Positions 20,419 through 29,310 of a stretch of DNA of 52,219 nt are shown here, in pieces; the stretch's first letter is position 1, and the number at the start of each line of letters is the position of its first letter. The DNA comes from a virus. Taxonomy: Duplodnaviria > Caudoviricetes. Both the position numbers and the translations under genes were made by a program. The stretch spans positions 1 to 52,219 of the IMG/VR virus record IMGVR_UViG_3300022217_000187, one strand, 5' to 3'. The notes beneath the pieces are model-generated. The model searched no databases, was not told where the DNA came from, and saw nothing but the letters and a program-made list of their open reading frames with translations.

Positions 20419-22221
20419 TTATTCTCCTAAATATTCTATTTGACTAAAGTTATCTTTCTTTTTTATTTCTATTGTTCTAGCATTAGAAAGATTGAGATTC
20501 TTATCATGAGTAATAATAAAAATATTATCTATTTTTTCATCTTTAGTTAATACATTTAATATATTAAGAATTATATCAGTCCCATCGTTATCTAAGCTAG
20601 TATTTAATAATTCATCAAATACTAAAAGATTTGTACTTACACTATTTTTCTTTTTTATTAATTCAATGAATGAAAAAAGTATAGCCAAATCAATTCTCTT
20701 TTTTTCTCCTGAAGATAAATTGTAATATCCAAGACCTTTTTTCTGATGACCTTTCATTTCAATACTAAAATCATTTTTAAATTGTATAGAGAAACTTTTA
20801 CCAAATAAGTTCATATATTTTATAATTAGCGAATTAAGATATGGAATATCTTTTTTAATTATTTCAGATTTAACTCCACCATCAGATAAAATATTTTTTA
20901 TTAGTTCTAAATATTTAGATTTTTCTTTTAATTTAATATTTTCAGATTTTAGTAATTTAAATTTATTTACATGCTCTTTAATTTTAGATTTGTTTACTAA
21001 ATCTTTTAATTTATCTTCAATATTTTCTTTTTCTAAATTTTTTAGATTATTATCAATATGTTGAATATCTCTATCTAAAGAATTTATATTATCATCTAGA
21101 GATCTTAAATTTTGATGATATTCTTGTTCATCATTATGTATTTGAGTGATATTATTTTGTAATTTATCTATATCTTTTATTAATTTATCAATAGATTCAT
21201 TGTCCCTATGGTGACTTTCTTCATAATTATGAATAATTTGAGTAGATTTATTGATCTCTATTTCTTTGTGTTCATCTGTTAATTCTGAAGAACAAGTAGG
21301 ACAAATGGGATCATTCTTAGATAAAGTTTCTATCTTTTCCTTTTCAATAATAATTAAAGCCTTTTCAGCTTTAATAGTACTATTTAGATCATTAATAACC
21401 TCCTGTAAATCTTTAATTTTTTCTCCATATTCATTTAAAGAATTCTGTAAATCTTCTTCATCTACACTATCTATTAATTTTTGTCTATCTTGTTTATAAT
21501 TTTTTCTTTTATCTTCTTTTTCATCTTTTTCTTGTGCGAAAGTCTTAATCTTTTTCTTCTTCTCTTCATTAAAATTTTCCTTTAATTCCTTATATTTAGC
21601 TAATTTTTCTTTTCCTTCATTAACTAATTCTGAAAATAAATTAAGATCTTTAGTATTTATTTTTAAAGAATCTTTATTGTCCTTGATTTGTTTCTTAATA
21701 TCTTTTAACATATCAGAGAAGATAGAAATACCTAAAATATCTTCTGTGATTTGTCTAGTCTGTTCTGGCGAAAGATCTACAAAAGGAGTTGTAGAATTTA
21801 TTGACATCAAACAAATGCTAGATAAAGTAGGTAAATCAATTTTAATAATATTATCAATTTCTTGCTGCATTAATTTTTTAGAACTTTCAGATTCTTGATT
21901 AATTCCGTCAATCCATAATTCTAAAATATTAGGTTTAATTCCTCTTACTACTTTATATTCTTTTTTACCTATAGAAAATTCTAAAGAACCATAACAATTT
22001 TTACCATTGATATTGTTAACTACTTGTGATGTAATTATACCTTTTCTTTGTATTTTACCTTTTAATATCCATCCTATTAAATCAATAGTTAATGTAGTTT
22101 TACCGGCACCATTTTCGCCATGAATAATAGTAAATGGATTATCATCTAATTGAAGAGTAGTTGGTTTATTTCCATAAGATAGAAAATTTCTAGCTGTTAC
22201 TCTTTTAAAATTAATTTTCAT
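20419..22221 (-). CDS. 46: recombination endonuclease ATPase subunit (gp46, SbcC/Rad50-like)
   Basis: NFLSYGN, GENGAGKT, CPTC zinc hook, LSSGEKKRIDLA, LVFDE and ITH motifs. Confidence 0.95.
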   Translation of the reverse strand: MKINFKRVTARNFLSYGNKPTTLQLDDNPFTIIHGENGAGKTTLTIDLIGWILKGKIQRKGIITSQVVNNINGKNCYGSLEFSIGKKEYKVVRGIKPNILELWIDGINQESESSKKLMQQEIDNIIKIDLPTLSSICLMSINSTTPFVDLSPEQTRQITEDILGISIFSDMLKDIKKQIKDNKDSLKINTKDLNLFSELVNEGKEKLAKYKELKENFNEEKKKKIKTFAQEKDEKEDKRKNYKQDRQKLIDSVDEEDLQNSLNEYGEKIKDLQEVINDLNSTIKAEKALIIIEKEKIETLSKNDPICPTCSSELTDEHKEIEINKSTQIIHNYEESHHRDNESIDKLIKDIDKLQNNITQIHNDEQEYHQNLRSLDDNINSLDRDIQHIDNNLKNLEKENIEDKLKDLVNKSKIKEHVNKFKLLKSENIKLKEKSKYLELIKNILSDGGVKSEIIKKDIPYLNSLIIKYMNLFGKSFSIQFKNDFSIEMKGHQKKGLGYYNLSSGEKKRIDLAILFSFIELIKKKNSVSTNLLVFDELLNTSLDNDGTDIILNILNVLTKDEKIDNIFIITHDKNLNLSNARTIEIKKKDNFSQIEYLGE

Positions 22222-22576
22222 TTTTTCTTAGATCATATAATTGATAGTTTTTTACTATTTTAAATAATTCATTTCTAGCATCTTCAAGATTTTTCATTAA
22301 TTTTTTGGCTTCATAAGTTTCACCACTAGATAAAATCATTTCAGCGCAATTATTAGATTCCTGAATAGCATTTTTATATTTTAGAATAGCATTTTTTAAG
22401 ATGTTATTTTCATTTCTTTCATTTGAATATAACCATTTCATAATAATATTATAACAATTAGTACACAAATGAACTTTATCTGTTCTATTTAAATAGTCTG
22501 GCGGACTAAATAATAATCCCCCTAGAGATTCTAATTCCTTTCTACATTTATCACATTTAATATTCATTTTATACAT
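22211..22576 (-). CDS. hypothetical zinc-finger protein between gp47 and gp46
   Basis: CDKC...LCTNC. Confidence 0.6.
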   Translation of the reverse strand: MYKMNIKCDKCRKELESLGGLLFSPPDYLNRTDKVHLCTNCYNIIMKWLYSNERNENNILKNAILKYKNAIQESNNCAEMILSSGETYEAKKLMKNLEDARNELFKIVKNYQLYDLRKNEN

Positions 22577-23619
22577 CTCCCATATATTTCTTGAATCATT
22601 TTAGAAATTTTTTGTCTATTATATTGAAAATCTTCTTTAGGAAACTTAACTTTCTTTATATAGTTCGTTAAATACTCAATAGGACTAGATAGTTCTTCTT
22701 CAATTTCTTCAACACTCAATTCAGCTCCTATACTTAAACCATCTATAGTTAGAGATATTGGTGATTTTTTTTCAATTAAAATTTGCAATTTTTCTAAATT
22801 ATTGTCTGAACATATTTCATCTATTACTAATTGAATAAAATTGCCACTGACTGTAGATAAATCAGCTGTTTTATTTTTTAATTTTGAATAAAATATTTTT
22901 TGATATGTTGGTGAAATTTTATTTTCTATAAACTTATGTTTCATAGTTTTTAAGTCAATTATAGTAACACCTTTTTGATCATTCCAATCATTCCAATCCA
23001 TTTGATATGGATTAGCTACATAACTGATATTACCTTGTTCTTGATGTAAATGAAAATGTCCGGAAAAGATTTTAGTAAAACATTCTTTAAGTTTCTTTTG
23101 ACTGAGCCCATTATTCTCTTTGACCCCTCTAACCAAATCAAATCCAGAAATTTCAAAATGTCCTAAACATAAATCTGCTCTATATGAAAATAATTTATCA
23201 ATTTCTTCATTATTTACTAGCCATGGAGAACAAACTATTTTTCTATCACATATTTCTAATAATTCTATGTTATTTACAATATGTAGATTTTTATATCTAT
23301 TTTCAAATGTTTTTAATGAAGATACTTCTCGACTAGATCTATAATAAATATCATGATTACCAGCAATTATATAAATCTTCACTTTAGGTAATACTCTTAT
23401 CATATGATCTAACATAGAAATAGCAACATTAAGAGATTTTATATTGCTGACATTACGATTATTGAAGAAATCTCCCAATATGAATACATGAGAAATTTCT
23501 TCTTTCTGTATAGTAGGAATTAAGAAATTTGTAATCCATTTAGAAAATATATCTAAATAAACATCTGAATCTCCACGAACACCTATATGTATATCACCAG
23601 TTAATAAAATTTTATTCAT
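22564..23619 (-). CDS. 47: recombination endonuclease nuclease subunit (gp47, SbcD/Mre11-like)
   Basis: GDIH, GDFF, GNHD, GHFE and SGHFH motifs; same operon as gp46. Confidence 0.95.
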   Translation of the reverse strand: MNKILLTGDIHIGVRGDSDVYLDIFSKWITNFLIPTIQKEEISHVFILGDFFNNRNVSNIKSLNVAISMLDHMIRVLPKVKIYIIAGNHDIYYRSSREVSSLKTFENRYKNLHIVNNIELLEICDRKIVCSPWLVNNEEIDKLFSYRADLCLGHFEISGFDLVRGVKENNGLSQKKLKECFTKIFSGHFHLHQEQGNISYVANPYQMDWNDWNDQKGVTIIDLKTMKHKFIENKISPTYQKIFYSKLKNKTADLSTVSGNFIQLVIDEICSDNNLEKLQILIEKKSPISLTIDGLSIGAELSVEEIEEELSSPIEYLTNYIKKVKFPKEDFQYNRQKISKMIQEIYGRCIK

Positions 23620-24052
23620 AGTTATTTGATTGATTATTTTCATCTTTGGGATTATAAAGACCTAATTTAACCATATGATCATTATAAATTCGATCTCTTA
23701 CTAATTCATCTCTCTGATTGCTAATTCTTTCTTTAGTAGTTCTAGCTAAAAAGGCATTCCATATATACATAGACAGATAATTAAAAGCTGTTCCTTTTTC
23801 AGGATTAAAATTATGAGCATATCTACATAAATTGTATAATGCATCAGATTTCATTTCAACTTTCCAATTTTCAGAATAATTAATCCAACGTCTATGATAT
23901 GACATATTGTCAACTAGAATATTAAATAAACCTCCTAATTCTTCTGATATTCTAGTTGAATTATCAATTTCTTTATTTTTTTTATATTCTATAAGTAATT
24001 CATGTAATTTTAAGTTATCAATAAATTGTCTACCTTTCTTTGATGTTGTAAT
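23612..24052 (-). CDS. 55: late-transcription sigma factor gp55 (probable ATT start)
   Basis: FIDN..L...NYS..W..EM.SDA...C.Y..NFNPEK..AFNY....NAFL.R; T4-like synteny with gp47. Confidence 0.85.
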   Translation of the reverse strand: MTTSKKGRQFIDNLKLHELLIEYKKNKEIDNSTRISEELGGLFNILVDNMSYHRRWINYSENWKVEMKSDALYNLCRYAHNFNPEKGTAFNYLSMYIWNAFLARTTKERISNQRDELVRDRIYNDHMVKLGLYNPKDENNQSNNYE

Positions 24053-24080
24053 GATAACACCTCCTTTAAATATTATATAT

Positions 24081-24109
24081 ATTATATAAAATAAAGCTAA
24101 AAAAGTCAA
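24081..24109 (-). promoter_or_regulatory. sigma70-type promoter for the gp55-47-46 operon
   Basis: TTGACT-N17-TATAAT. Confidence 0.8.
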
Positions 24110-24164
24110 GATGTGAAAACTTAATATATTTTATTAAAAATATTTATATTTATTTTTTATTTAC

Positions 24165-24193
24165 TTGACTTTAGTTTTATGATATTATATAAT
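24165..24193 (+). promoter_or_regulatory. repeated early promoter
   Basis: Identical to 4510 and 41934. Confidence 0.85.
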
Positions 24194-24223
24194 TAATAGA
24201 AATAAATTGAAAAGGAGATTGAA

Positions 24224-24649
24224 ATGGAAAAAGAATTAGATAGTAATAGACATTTTTATTTGTATGCTAAAGGTCATTATAAAGAAACAGATACTATAAA
24301 GGATTTATCAATAATTTTAGGAGAATATTGTTTTCAAGATCTTGAATATATTAGGGTATCTGATATTCTGGATAAACTATTGCGTCTAGCTTATAGAGAA
24401 TTTATCAAAAATTCCAATGAATTTAAATTTATGGAATTTATGAAAGACATTCTTCCTCAGAATAATTGGAAATTTATGAATGATAAAGCTCAAAATTTAG
24501 AAGAGACTATGATACATAAATGTTTATCGGTACTGAGGTTTGCTATTGTGACAGATAAAGATAAAAATGTTATTTTGAATTTAGGAGAAGCAGATTCTAG
24601 TATATTACCTCTTAGTGATTTTACTAAACTAAGGATTATAAATGAATAA
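24224..24649 (+). CDS. hypothetical protein
   Basis: AAGGAGATTGAAATG start motif. Confidence 0.65.
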   Translation: MEKELDSNRHFYLYAKGHYKETDTIKDLSIILGEYCFQDLEYIRVSDILDKLLRLAYREFIKNSNEFKFMEFMKDILPQNNWKFMNDKAQNLEETMIHKCLSVLRFAIVTDKDKNVILNLGEADSSILPLSDFTKLRIINE

Positions 24650-25187
24650 AAAATTTTTAGAAAAAGCAATTCATTTTGCAAGAGATGCTCATGTAGGTCA
24701 AACATATAGTGAAGTATATTCTTATGTTAGACATTTGGAACATGTATATGAAGTATTAATAAGATTTGGATATGAAGATGATGAAAATCTCTTAATATCA
24801 GCTTGGTTGCATGATACAATTGAAGATACACCTGTAACTTATCAAGATATTAAAAGAGAATTTAATATAGAGATAGCAGAAATAGTATATGCAGTTACAG
24901 ATGAATTAGGAAGAAATAGAAAAGAAAGAAAAAAGAAAACTTATCCTAAAATAAAAGAAAATCCTAAAGCTACTATTATTAAATTGGCTGATAGGATAGC
25001 TAATATTGAATTCAGTGTTAAAGGAGTATTTGGAAATCCTTCTAAATTGAAAATGTACCAAAAAGAGCATGAAGAGTTTAAGTTAAAATTAAAAAGATGT
25101 TATTCTGCATATCGTTCGGAAGATGATATTAAAATGGATAAAATGTGGAAATATTTAGATAAATTATTAGACTATAAAGGGAGTTGA
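24642..25187 (+). CDS. HD-domain (p)ppGpp hydrolase-like protein (small alarmone hydrolase/Mesh1 type)
   Basis: A..FA..AH.GQ, Y..H, AWLHDTIEDT and IKLADRIAN motifs. Confidence 0.88.
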   Translation: MNKKFLEKAIHFARDAHVGQTYSEVYSYVRHLEHVYEVLIRFGYEDDENLLISAWLHDTIEDTPVTYQDIKREFNIEIAEIVYAVTDELGRNRKERKKKTYPKIKENPKATIIKLADRIANIEFSVKGVFGNPSKLKMYQKEHEEFKLKLKRCYSAYRSEDDIKMDKMWKYLDKLLDYKGS

Positions 25188-25246
25188 AAATGAATTAAAA
25201 TATATTTAATATTAGTTGGTGGGCTGATGTATTTTTTAAAAATATC

Positions 25247-25275
25247 TTGACTTTTAAAATTATATAATATATAAT
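25247..25275 (+). promoter_or_regulatory. sigma70-type promoter followed by TATAAATA (25282-25289)
   Basis: TTGACT-N17-TATAAT. Confidence 0.75.
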
Positions 25276-25317
25276 AATATTTATAAATAATTAAAATGTT
25301 CTTTTAAAAATTAAAAC

Positions 25318-25760
25318 TCTTCGTCGTTTAGAGTTATGTGAGGTTAAGAAACGGCGCCCTCGAACAGATAAAGTAATTACTTTCGTAGAAGCTAAGAAAT
25401 ATGCTATAAACTCATCGAATTATGTAGCGAGGTGGATTGGAAGTGATGAGATAATTACTTAAAATTTATGTCGGATATGGGATATCGACAACAATTATAT
25501 ACTTATGCTAAGAAGGCGACGATAGTATATATTATAAACATAGATAAGGCCCTGGATGCCTTCCTCACCGAAGACTTAGTAGGAGATATTATAATCTTTC
25601 ACTTTGAACAGTCTGGTACTTAGACGACGACGACGACGACGAAGAAGAAAGAGGAGACCAAAGGTTAGAGGTAAAATATAAAAAGGTCAGAAACTCTTTG
25701 GTAACAATTAAAGCCAATGTGGAAGTAGGTTAGACTTTATCCTACGAAATGGCTTTAATT
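25318..25760 (+). ncRNA. candidate large structured ncRNA
   Basis: No ORF of 60 aa or more; GC-richer; nested helices including a closing 5'/3' stem. Confidence 0.6.
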
Positions 25761-25828
25761 TTTAAAATTTTTTAAAATATCTTGACTTTTAAAAATTAGT
25801 ATTATATAATAATTTAAAGGGATAAAAA

Positions 25829-26152
25829 ATGAATCAAACTGCTTTAGAATTTGTAGAAGAATATTTAAAGAAAGAAGCAGGTGAATATTATAAAACTAAT
25901 GGATTTGATGAGTGTTTTGCAGAACTAATAGGTTGGGAAAGTATATATGAAGAACATATATCTCCACATAGATGGTGGGATGATTTATTTTGTGTAGTTA
26001 ATATTAATGGAACATTAATAGGTTATGAATGGGCTAGTACTACAGGGGATAATAATATTTTTGATGTAGGATGGACTTTTGATAAATCATCTATATGTTA
26101 TGTTAAGAAAGAAGAAGTAATTATAACAAAGTATGTTAAAATAAAAGAGTAA
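25829..26152 (+). CDS. hypothetical protein
   Basis: ORF after promoter at 25782-25810. Confidence 0.65.
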   Translation: MNQTALEFVEEYLKKEAGEYYKTNGFDECFAELIGWESIYEEHISPHRWWDDLFCVVNINGTLIGYEWASTTGDNNIFDVGWTFDKSSICYVKKEEVIITKYVKIKE

Positions 26153-26225
26153 ACATAAGAAAGTAAAAAACTTTTCATATAAATAATTATGGTAATATAT
26201 TACCAATTAAAATAAAAAAGGTAAA

Positions 26226-26420
26226 ATGATTTCAAAAATGAACAAACTCAGACAATTAGAACCGATAGTAAGGTCTACGTCGTTAATGCCCGAAGGTGAT
26301 GGAACTATCATGTGTTCTAATTGGGGAAGTTTAGGAGCTATATCTATTCAATCTGAAGCGAAACATAATTATGCAGAGGTGGATTTTAATCTAGATAGTG
26401 ATAGGGGATTTGTAAGATGA
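26226..26420 (+). CDS. putative attenuator leader peptide ending in RGFVR
   Basis: Last codons are complementary to the 5' arm of the downstream terminator. Confidence 0.55.
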   Translation: MISKMNKLRQLEPIVRSTSLMPEGDGTIMCSNWGSLGAISIQSEAKHNYAEVDFNLDSDRGFVR

Positions 26421-26444
26421 AGTAAGTAAGATACATATAACTTC

Positions 26445-26486
26445 AAAAATCCCTTAAAGCCAAGAAAAGTTTTAAGGGATTTTTTT
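26445..26486 (+). terminator. intrinsic terminator with alternative antiterminator
   Basis: AAAAATCCCTTAAAGC-loop-GTTTTAAGGGATTTTTTT. Confidence 0.75.
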
Positions 26487-26492
26487 ATTTAC

Positions 26493-26521
26493 TTGACATT
26501 ATTTTTATGTTATTATATAAT
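26493..26521 (+). promoter_or_regulatory. sigma70-type promoter upstream of the tRNA array
   Basis: TTGACA-N17-TATAAT. Confidence 0.75.
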
Positions 26522-26735
26522 TTAAATAAATAAAGAAAAGGTAAATTTGTGATGGCTAAAAAAGTATTATGTGATAAAGTAGATATAGATTGCCCTAAAA
26601 ACTGTATACATTCTGAATGGCATGAATCTGTTGAAGTACCTAATGCTAAAGATATATGCACAGAAGATGGTCATTGTGCATTTAAAGATATTGATGTTAT
26701 TTGTATAGATGTACATTAAATAATGGAGATTGATT

Positions 26736-26948
26736 ATGAAATGTGTTTGTGGATATATCCATGGTAAAGAATGGATAGTACCAGAAGGTAAAGGAGAATT
26801 TGATTCAGAATTAGTCGAATTTAATTCAAATGGTCAAGAATTTATACAAATAGAAGGAAATTTTACGATACAAAAAGATTATAATATTGAAAAGGCTAAT
26901 TTATATGCTTGTCCGGAATGCGGAACAATAAAGTATCAAAGATTTTAG
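26736..26948 (+). CDS. small zinc-binding protein
   Basis: MKCVCG...ACPECG. Confidence 0.6.
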   Translation: MKCVCGYIHGKEWIVPEGKGEFDSELVEFNSNGQEFIQIEGNFTIQKDYNIEKANLYACPECGTIKYQRF

Positions 26949-26956
26949 TAATATAT

Positions 26957-27030
26957 GCTCCGGTAGATTAGTGGTAGATCGCTTCCCTTTCAAGGAAGAA
27001 GTCGGGGGTCAGTACCCCGTCGGAGTACCA
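26957..27030 (+). tRNA. tRNA-Glu(TTC)
   Basis: Cloverleaf; CCA encoded; atypical T-loop GTCAGTA. Confidence 0.85.
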
Positions 27031-27047
27031 AAAATATAATTATTAAT

Positions 27048-27119
27048 GGGTCTATAGTTTAACGGTAGAACGGCTTCCTCATAAGAAGTTTAATGTCGGT
27101 TCGACTCCGGCTAGACCCA
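27048..27119 (+). tRNA. tRNA(CAT), likely Ile2 or elongator Met
   Basis: Cloverleaf; no CCA. Confidence 0.8.
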
Positions 27120-27134
27120 CTAAAATTAAAATAT

Positions 27135-27206
27135 GGGTCTATAATTCAACTGGAAGAATATCCGGCTTTTAACCGGTCAATCTCGGTTCGGTTCCGGGTG
27201 GACCCA
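27135..27206 (+). tRNA. tRNA-Lys(TTT)
   Basis: Cloverleaf; no CCA. Confidence 0.85.
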
Positions 27207-27220
27207 CTATATAAGAAGGA

Positions 27221-27290
27221 GGGGCTGTATCTTGGTAGAGGGCATTGACCTTGCAAGTCAGAGCATCCGGATCGTAACCGGACAGCTCCA
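27221..27290 (+). tRNA. tRNA-Ala(TGC), atypical
   Basis: G3:U70 acceptor pair; T-loop ATCGTAA; weak D arm. Confidence 0.7.
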
Positions 27291-27566
27291 CAAAAAAGTT
27301 TAAGAGAGGTAGAAAATGAGAATTGAAGGTAGACGAATATATTTTGATAATTTAAGAGATTCTGAAACTGGTGAAGTTCTTTATAGAGATATAGATCCAA
27401 ACGAGGATATGGATTTAATATTAAAAGGATTGGCTAAAGTTAAAAGACATGCTATAGAAGTTGCTGAATCTTTTAATAAAATGTTTAAAGAATAAAAAAT
27501 ATCTTGATGTAGTGTTAATAGTTGCTTATAAAAGATTCGAATCCTTTATCTAACACAAAATAAGGA

Positions 27567-27639
27567 GGGGCTATAGCTCAATTGGGAGAGCGCCTGTTTT
27601 GCAAGCAGAAGGTTGCCGGTTCAACTCTAGCTAGCTCCA
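27567..27639 (+). tRNA. tRNA-Ala(TGC)
   Basis: GGGGCTATAGCTCA...; cloverleaf. Confidence 0.85.
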
Positions 27640-27654
27640 AATAAAATACATTAA

Positions 27655-27731
27655 CTCTCATTAGCTCAGTCTGGTAGAGCTCCTGGTTTGGATCCAGGAA
27701 GTCGTCTGTTCAAATCGGACATGGGAGACCA
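27655..27731 (+). tRNA. tRNA-Pro(TGG)
   Basis: Cloverleaf; CCA. Confidence 0.9.
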
Positions 27732-27737
27732 AAATAT

Positions 27738-27813
27738 ACTTTCTTAGCATAGCGGCTAATGCAACGTTCTTACAAGACGTCAAACCTCAGTTCGAGTCTG
27801 AGAGGAAGTACCA
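27738..27813 (+). tRNA. tRNA-Val(TAC)
   Basis: Cloverleaf; CCA. Confidence 0.9.
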
Positions 27814-27825
27814 AAAATAAATTAT

Positions 27826-27901
27826 GGCACTGAAGGCAAATGGCGAGCCGGTACCCTGTCAAGGTATGTTTCGATAGCGATTTCAAATATCGTCAGTGCC
27901 G
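27826..27901 (+). tRNA. tRNA-Asp(GTC)
   Basis: Cloverleaf; slightly long variable loop; no CCA. Confidence 0.8.
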
Positions 27902-27911
27902 CATAAATTTA

Positions 27912-27987
27912 GTCCCGATAGCTTAAATAAAGCCCAGGTCTTCGCGAGACAATGGAGATGTTGGTTTAAATCCAACAGAGGACGCCA
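27912..27987 (+). tRNA. tRNA-like gene, possibly Arg(TCG)-derived and aberrant
   Basis: T arm and GCCA end present; acceptor has 3 mismatches; distorted anticodon arm. Confidence 0.45.
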
Positions 27988-27999
27988 AAAATTAAATAT

Positions 28000-28075
28000 G
28001 GATTCTTAACTCAGTCTGGTAGAGTGTCTGGTTGAAGCCCAGAAAGCAGAGGTTCAAATCCTCTAGAATCCACCA
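28000..28075 (+). tRNA. tRNA-Phe(GAA)
   Basis: Cloverleaf; CCA. Confidence 0.9.
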
Positions 28076-28081
28076 AAATAT

Positions 28082-28155
28082 TGCGGGTTAGACTGGAGGT
28101 GGTTCCAGCCAGGGTTCATATCCCAAGGACGTCGGTTCGATTCCGGCACCCGCTA
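28082..28155 (+). tRNA. initiator tRNA-fMet(CAT)
   Basis: 1:72 mismatch; GGG/CCC anticodon stem. Confidence 0.8.
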
Positions 28156-28162
28156 CAAATGA

Positions 28163-28231
28163 TGCTGGATAACCAAGTGGAAAAAGAAGTTTCATAAGCT
28201 TCTCGGGACGGATCAATACCGTCTCCAGCAA
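28163..28231 (+). tRNA. tRNA(CAT), atypical with unpaired D region
   Basis: Good acceptor, anticodon and T stems; T-loop ATCAATA. Confidence 0.6.
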
Positions 28232-28241
28232 AATAAAATAT

Positions 28242-28317
28242 CGTCCTATAGCTCAACTGGAAGAAGCGCCCGATTGATAATCGGAAGATCTAGGTTCGAT
28301 TCCTGGTAGGACGACCA
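28242..28317 (+). tRNA. tRNA-Ile(GAT)
   Basis: Cloverleaf; CCA. Confidence 0.9.
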
Positions 28318-28323
28318 AAATTT

Positions 28324-28403
28324 GCCCTAGTATCGCCTCTGTCTTCTAAACAGTAGAAAGCGTAACTGGAAACATGAGGGTTCGATTCCTTCCTAGGGTG
28401 CCA
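28324..28403 (+). tRNA. tRNA-Arg(TCT)-like, lacking a D arm, with a long variable region
   Basis: Acceptor GCCCTAG/CTAGGGT; loop CTTCTAA; canonical T arm; GCCA. Confidence 0.7.
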
Positions 28404-28420
28404 TTTTAAAAGGATATTAT

Positions 28421-28612
28421 ATGAAAAGAAGTATTATTATTGAAGGTATTGATAAAGAATTAAAATTATCTAAAGTGGTAGAAATTGATACAAAAATAAA
28501 AATGATTAATCTTGAAAAATTATCAAATGGCACATGGAGATTAATTTATTCTAAAAGTATTATAGATGATATTAGTAAAGTTAAAGGATTTAAAATTATA
28601 AGGGAAGATTGA
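28421..28612 (+). CDS. hypothetical protein whose stop codon lies inside tRNA-Ser
   Basis: SD AAGGA; overlaps the tRNA by 10 nt. Confidence 0.55.
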   Translation: MKRSIIIEGIDKELKLSKVVEIDTKIKMINLEKLSNGTWRLIYSKSIIDDISKVKGFKIIRED

Positions 28613-28689
28613 CAGAGTCTGGTATTGTGCCGCACTGCTAATGCGAGGCCACGGTAAAGCGTGCGTAGGTTCAAATCCTACATCTTCCG
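28603..28689 (+). tRNA. tRNA-Ser(GCT)
   Basis: Long variable arm; G73. Confidence 0.9.
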
Positions 28690-28717
28690 ACAAAAATAAT
28701 AAAAAATAATTATTTAC

Positions 28718-28746
28718 TTGACATTAGATGTATGTTATTATATAAT
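28718..28746 (+). promoter_or_regulatory. sigma70-type promoter inside the tRNA array
   Basis: TTGACA-N17-TATAAT. Confidence 0.75.
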
Positions 28747-28964
28747 ATAAATTAAATAAATAAAGGAGATTGAAATGGAATATATCAATTTATTTAGTGC
28801 AATGTTTTGTGGATTTATAGGATTATATTTTTATAATGAAGAAATAATAGATATAATTATTATTATTTTAGCATTTGTAAATTTAGCACTTTTTATAAAA
28901 TATGAAGACTAGAGAAAATTAATGTAATTTGGAATAATCAATAATTTTTATAAGGAGATTGAAA

Positions 28965-29189
28965 ATGACAATAAATTTAAAAGGATTAGGATATATTACA
29001 GAAAACGAACTTAAGATTTTAAAAGATAATAATATTCATACAGAATTTAGACAATGTAAATTTCTTGAAAAACATAAAGCAGTAAATAATATTATAGAAT
29101 GTGATTTAAGAATGCAAGATATTTTTTCATTATCATTAGATTTTAGAGTTAGTGTATTACAGGGAATTGTTTATTTATTTTCATATTAA
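28965..29189 (+). CDS. hypothetical protein
   Basis: AAGGAGATTGAAAATG start motif. Confidence 0.6.
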   Translation: MTINLKGLGYITENELKILKDNNIHTEFRQCKFLEKHKAVNNIIECDLRMQDIFSLSLDFRVSVLQGIVYLFSY

Positions 29190-29202
29190 ACATGTTTTTA
29201 AA

Positions 29203-29277
29203 CGGAGTGTAGCTCAGAGGTAGAGCGCTGGGTTTGGGACTCAGAGGCCGAGATTTCGAAATTCTCTACTCCGACCA
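29203..29277 (+). tRNA. tRNA-Pro(TGG)
   Basis: CGGAGTGTAGCTCAG...; CCA. Confidence 0.9.
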
Positions 29278-29310
29278 AGAAAGGATTGAATATTGTAGAA
29301 TTATAAACAT

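Noticed and set aside
25318-25760. tmRNA, RNase P RNA or group I intron
   Set aside because: No tRNA-like ends, no GAGGAAAGUCC-type P4 signature and no interrupted host gene; the P7-like AGACT/AGTCT alone is insufficient.
27500-27560. tRNA remnants near 27505-27555 and 34375-34450
   Set aside because: Only T-loop or D-loop-like fragments without a pairing acceptor stem; too degenerate to call.
28324-28403. Amber suppressor (CTA) reading
   Set aside because: The stem CTGT/ACAG centres the loop on TCT; the CTA register does not pair.
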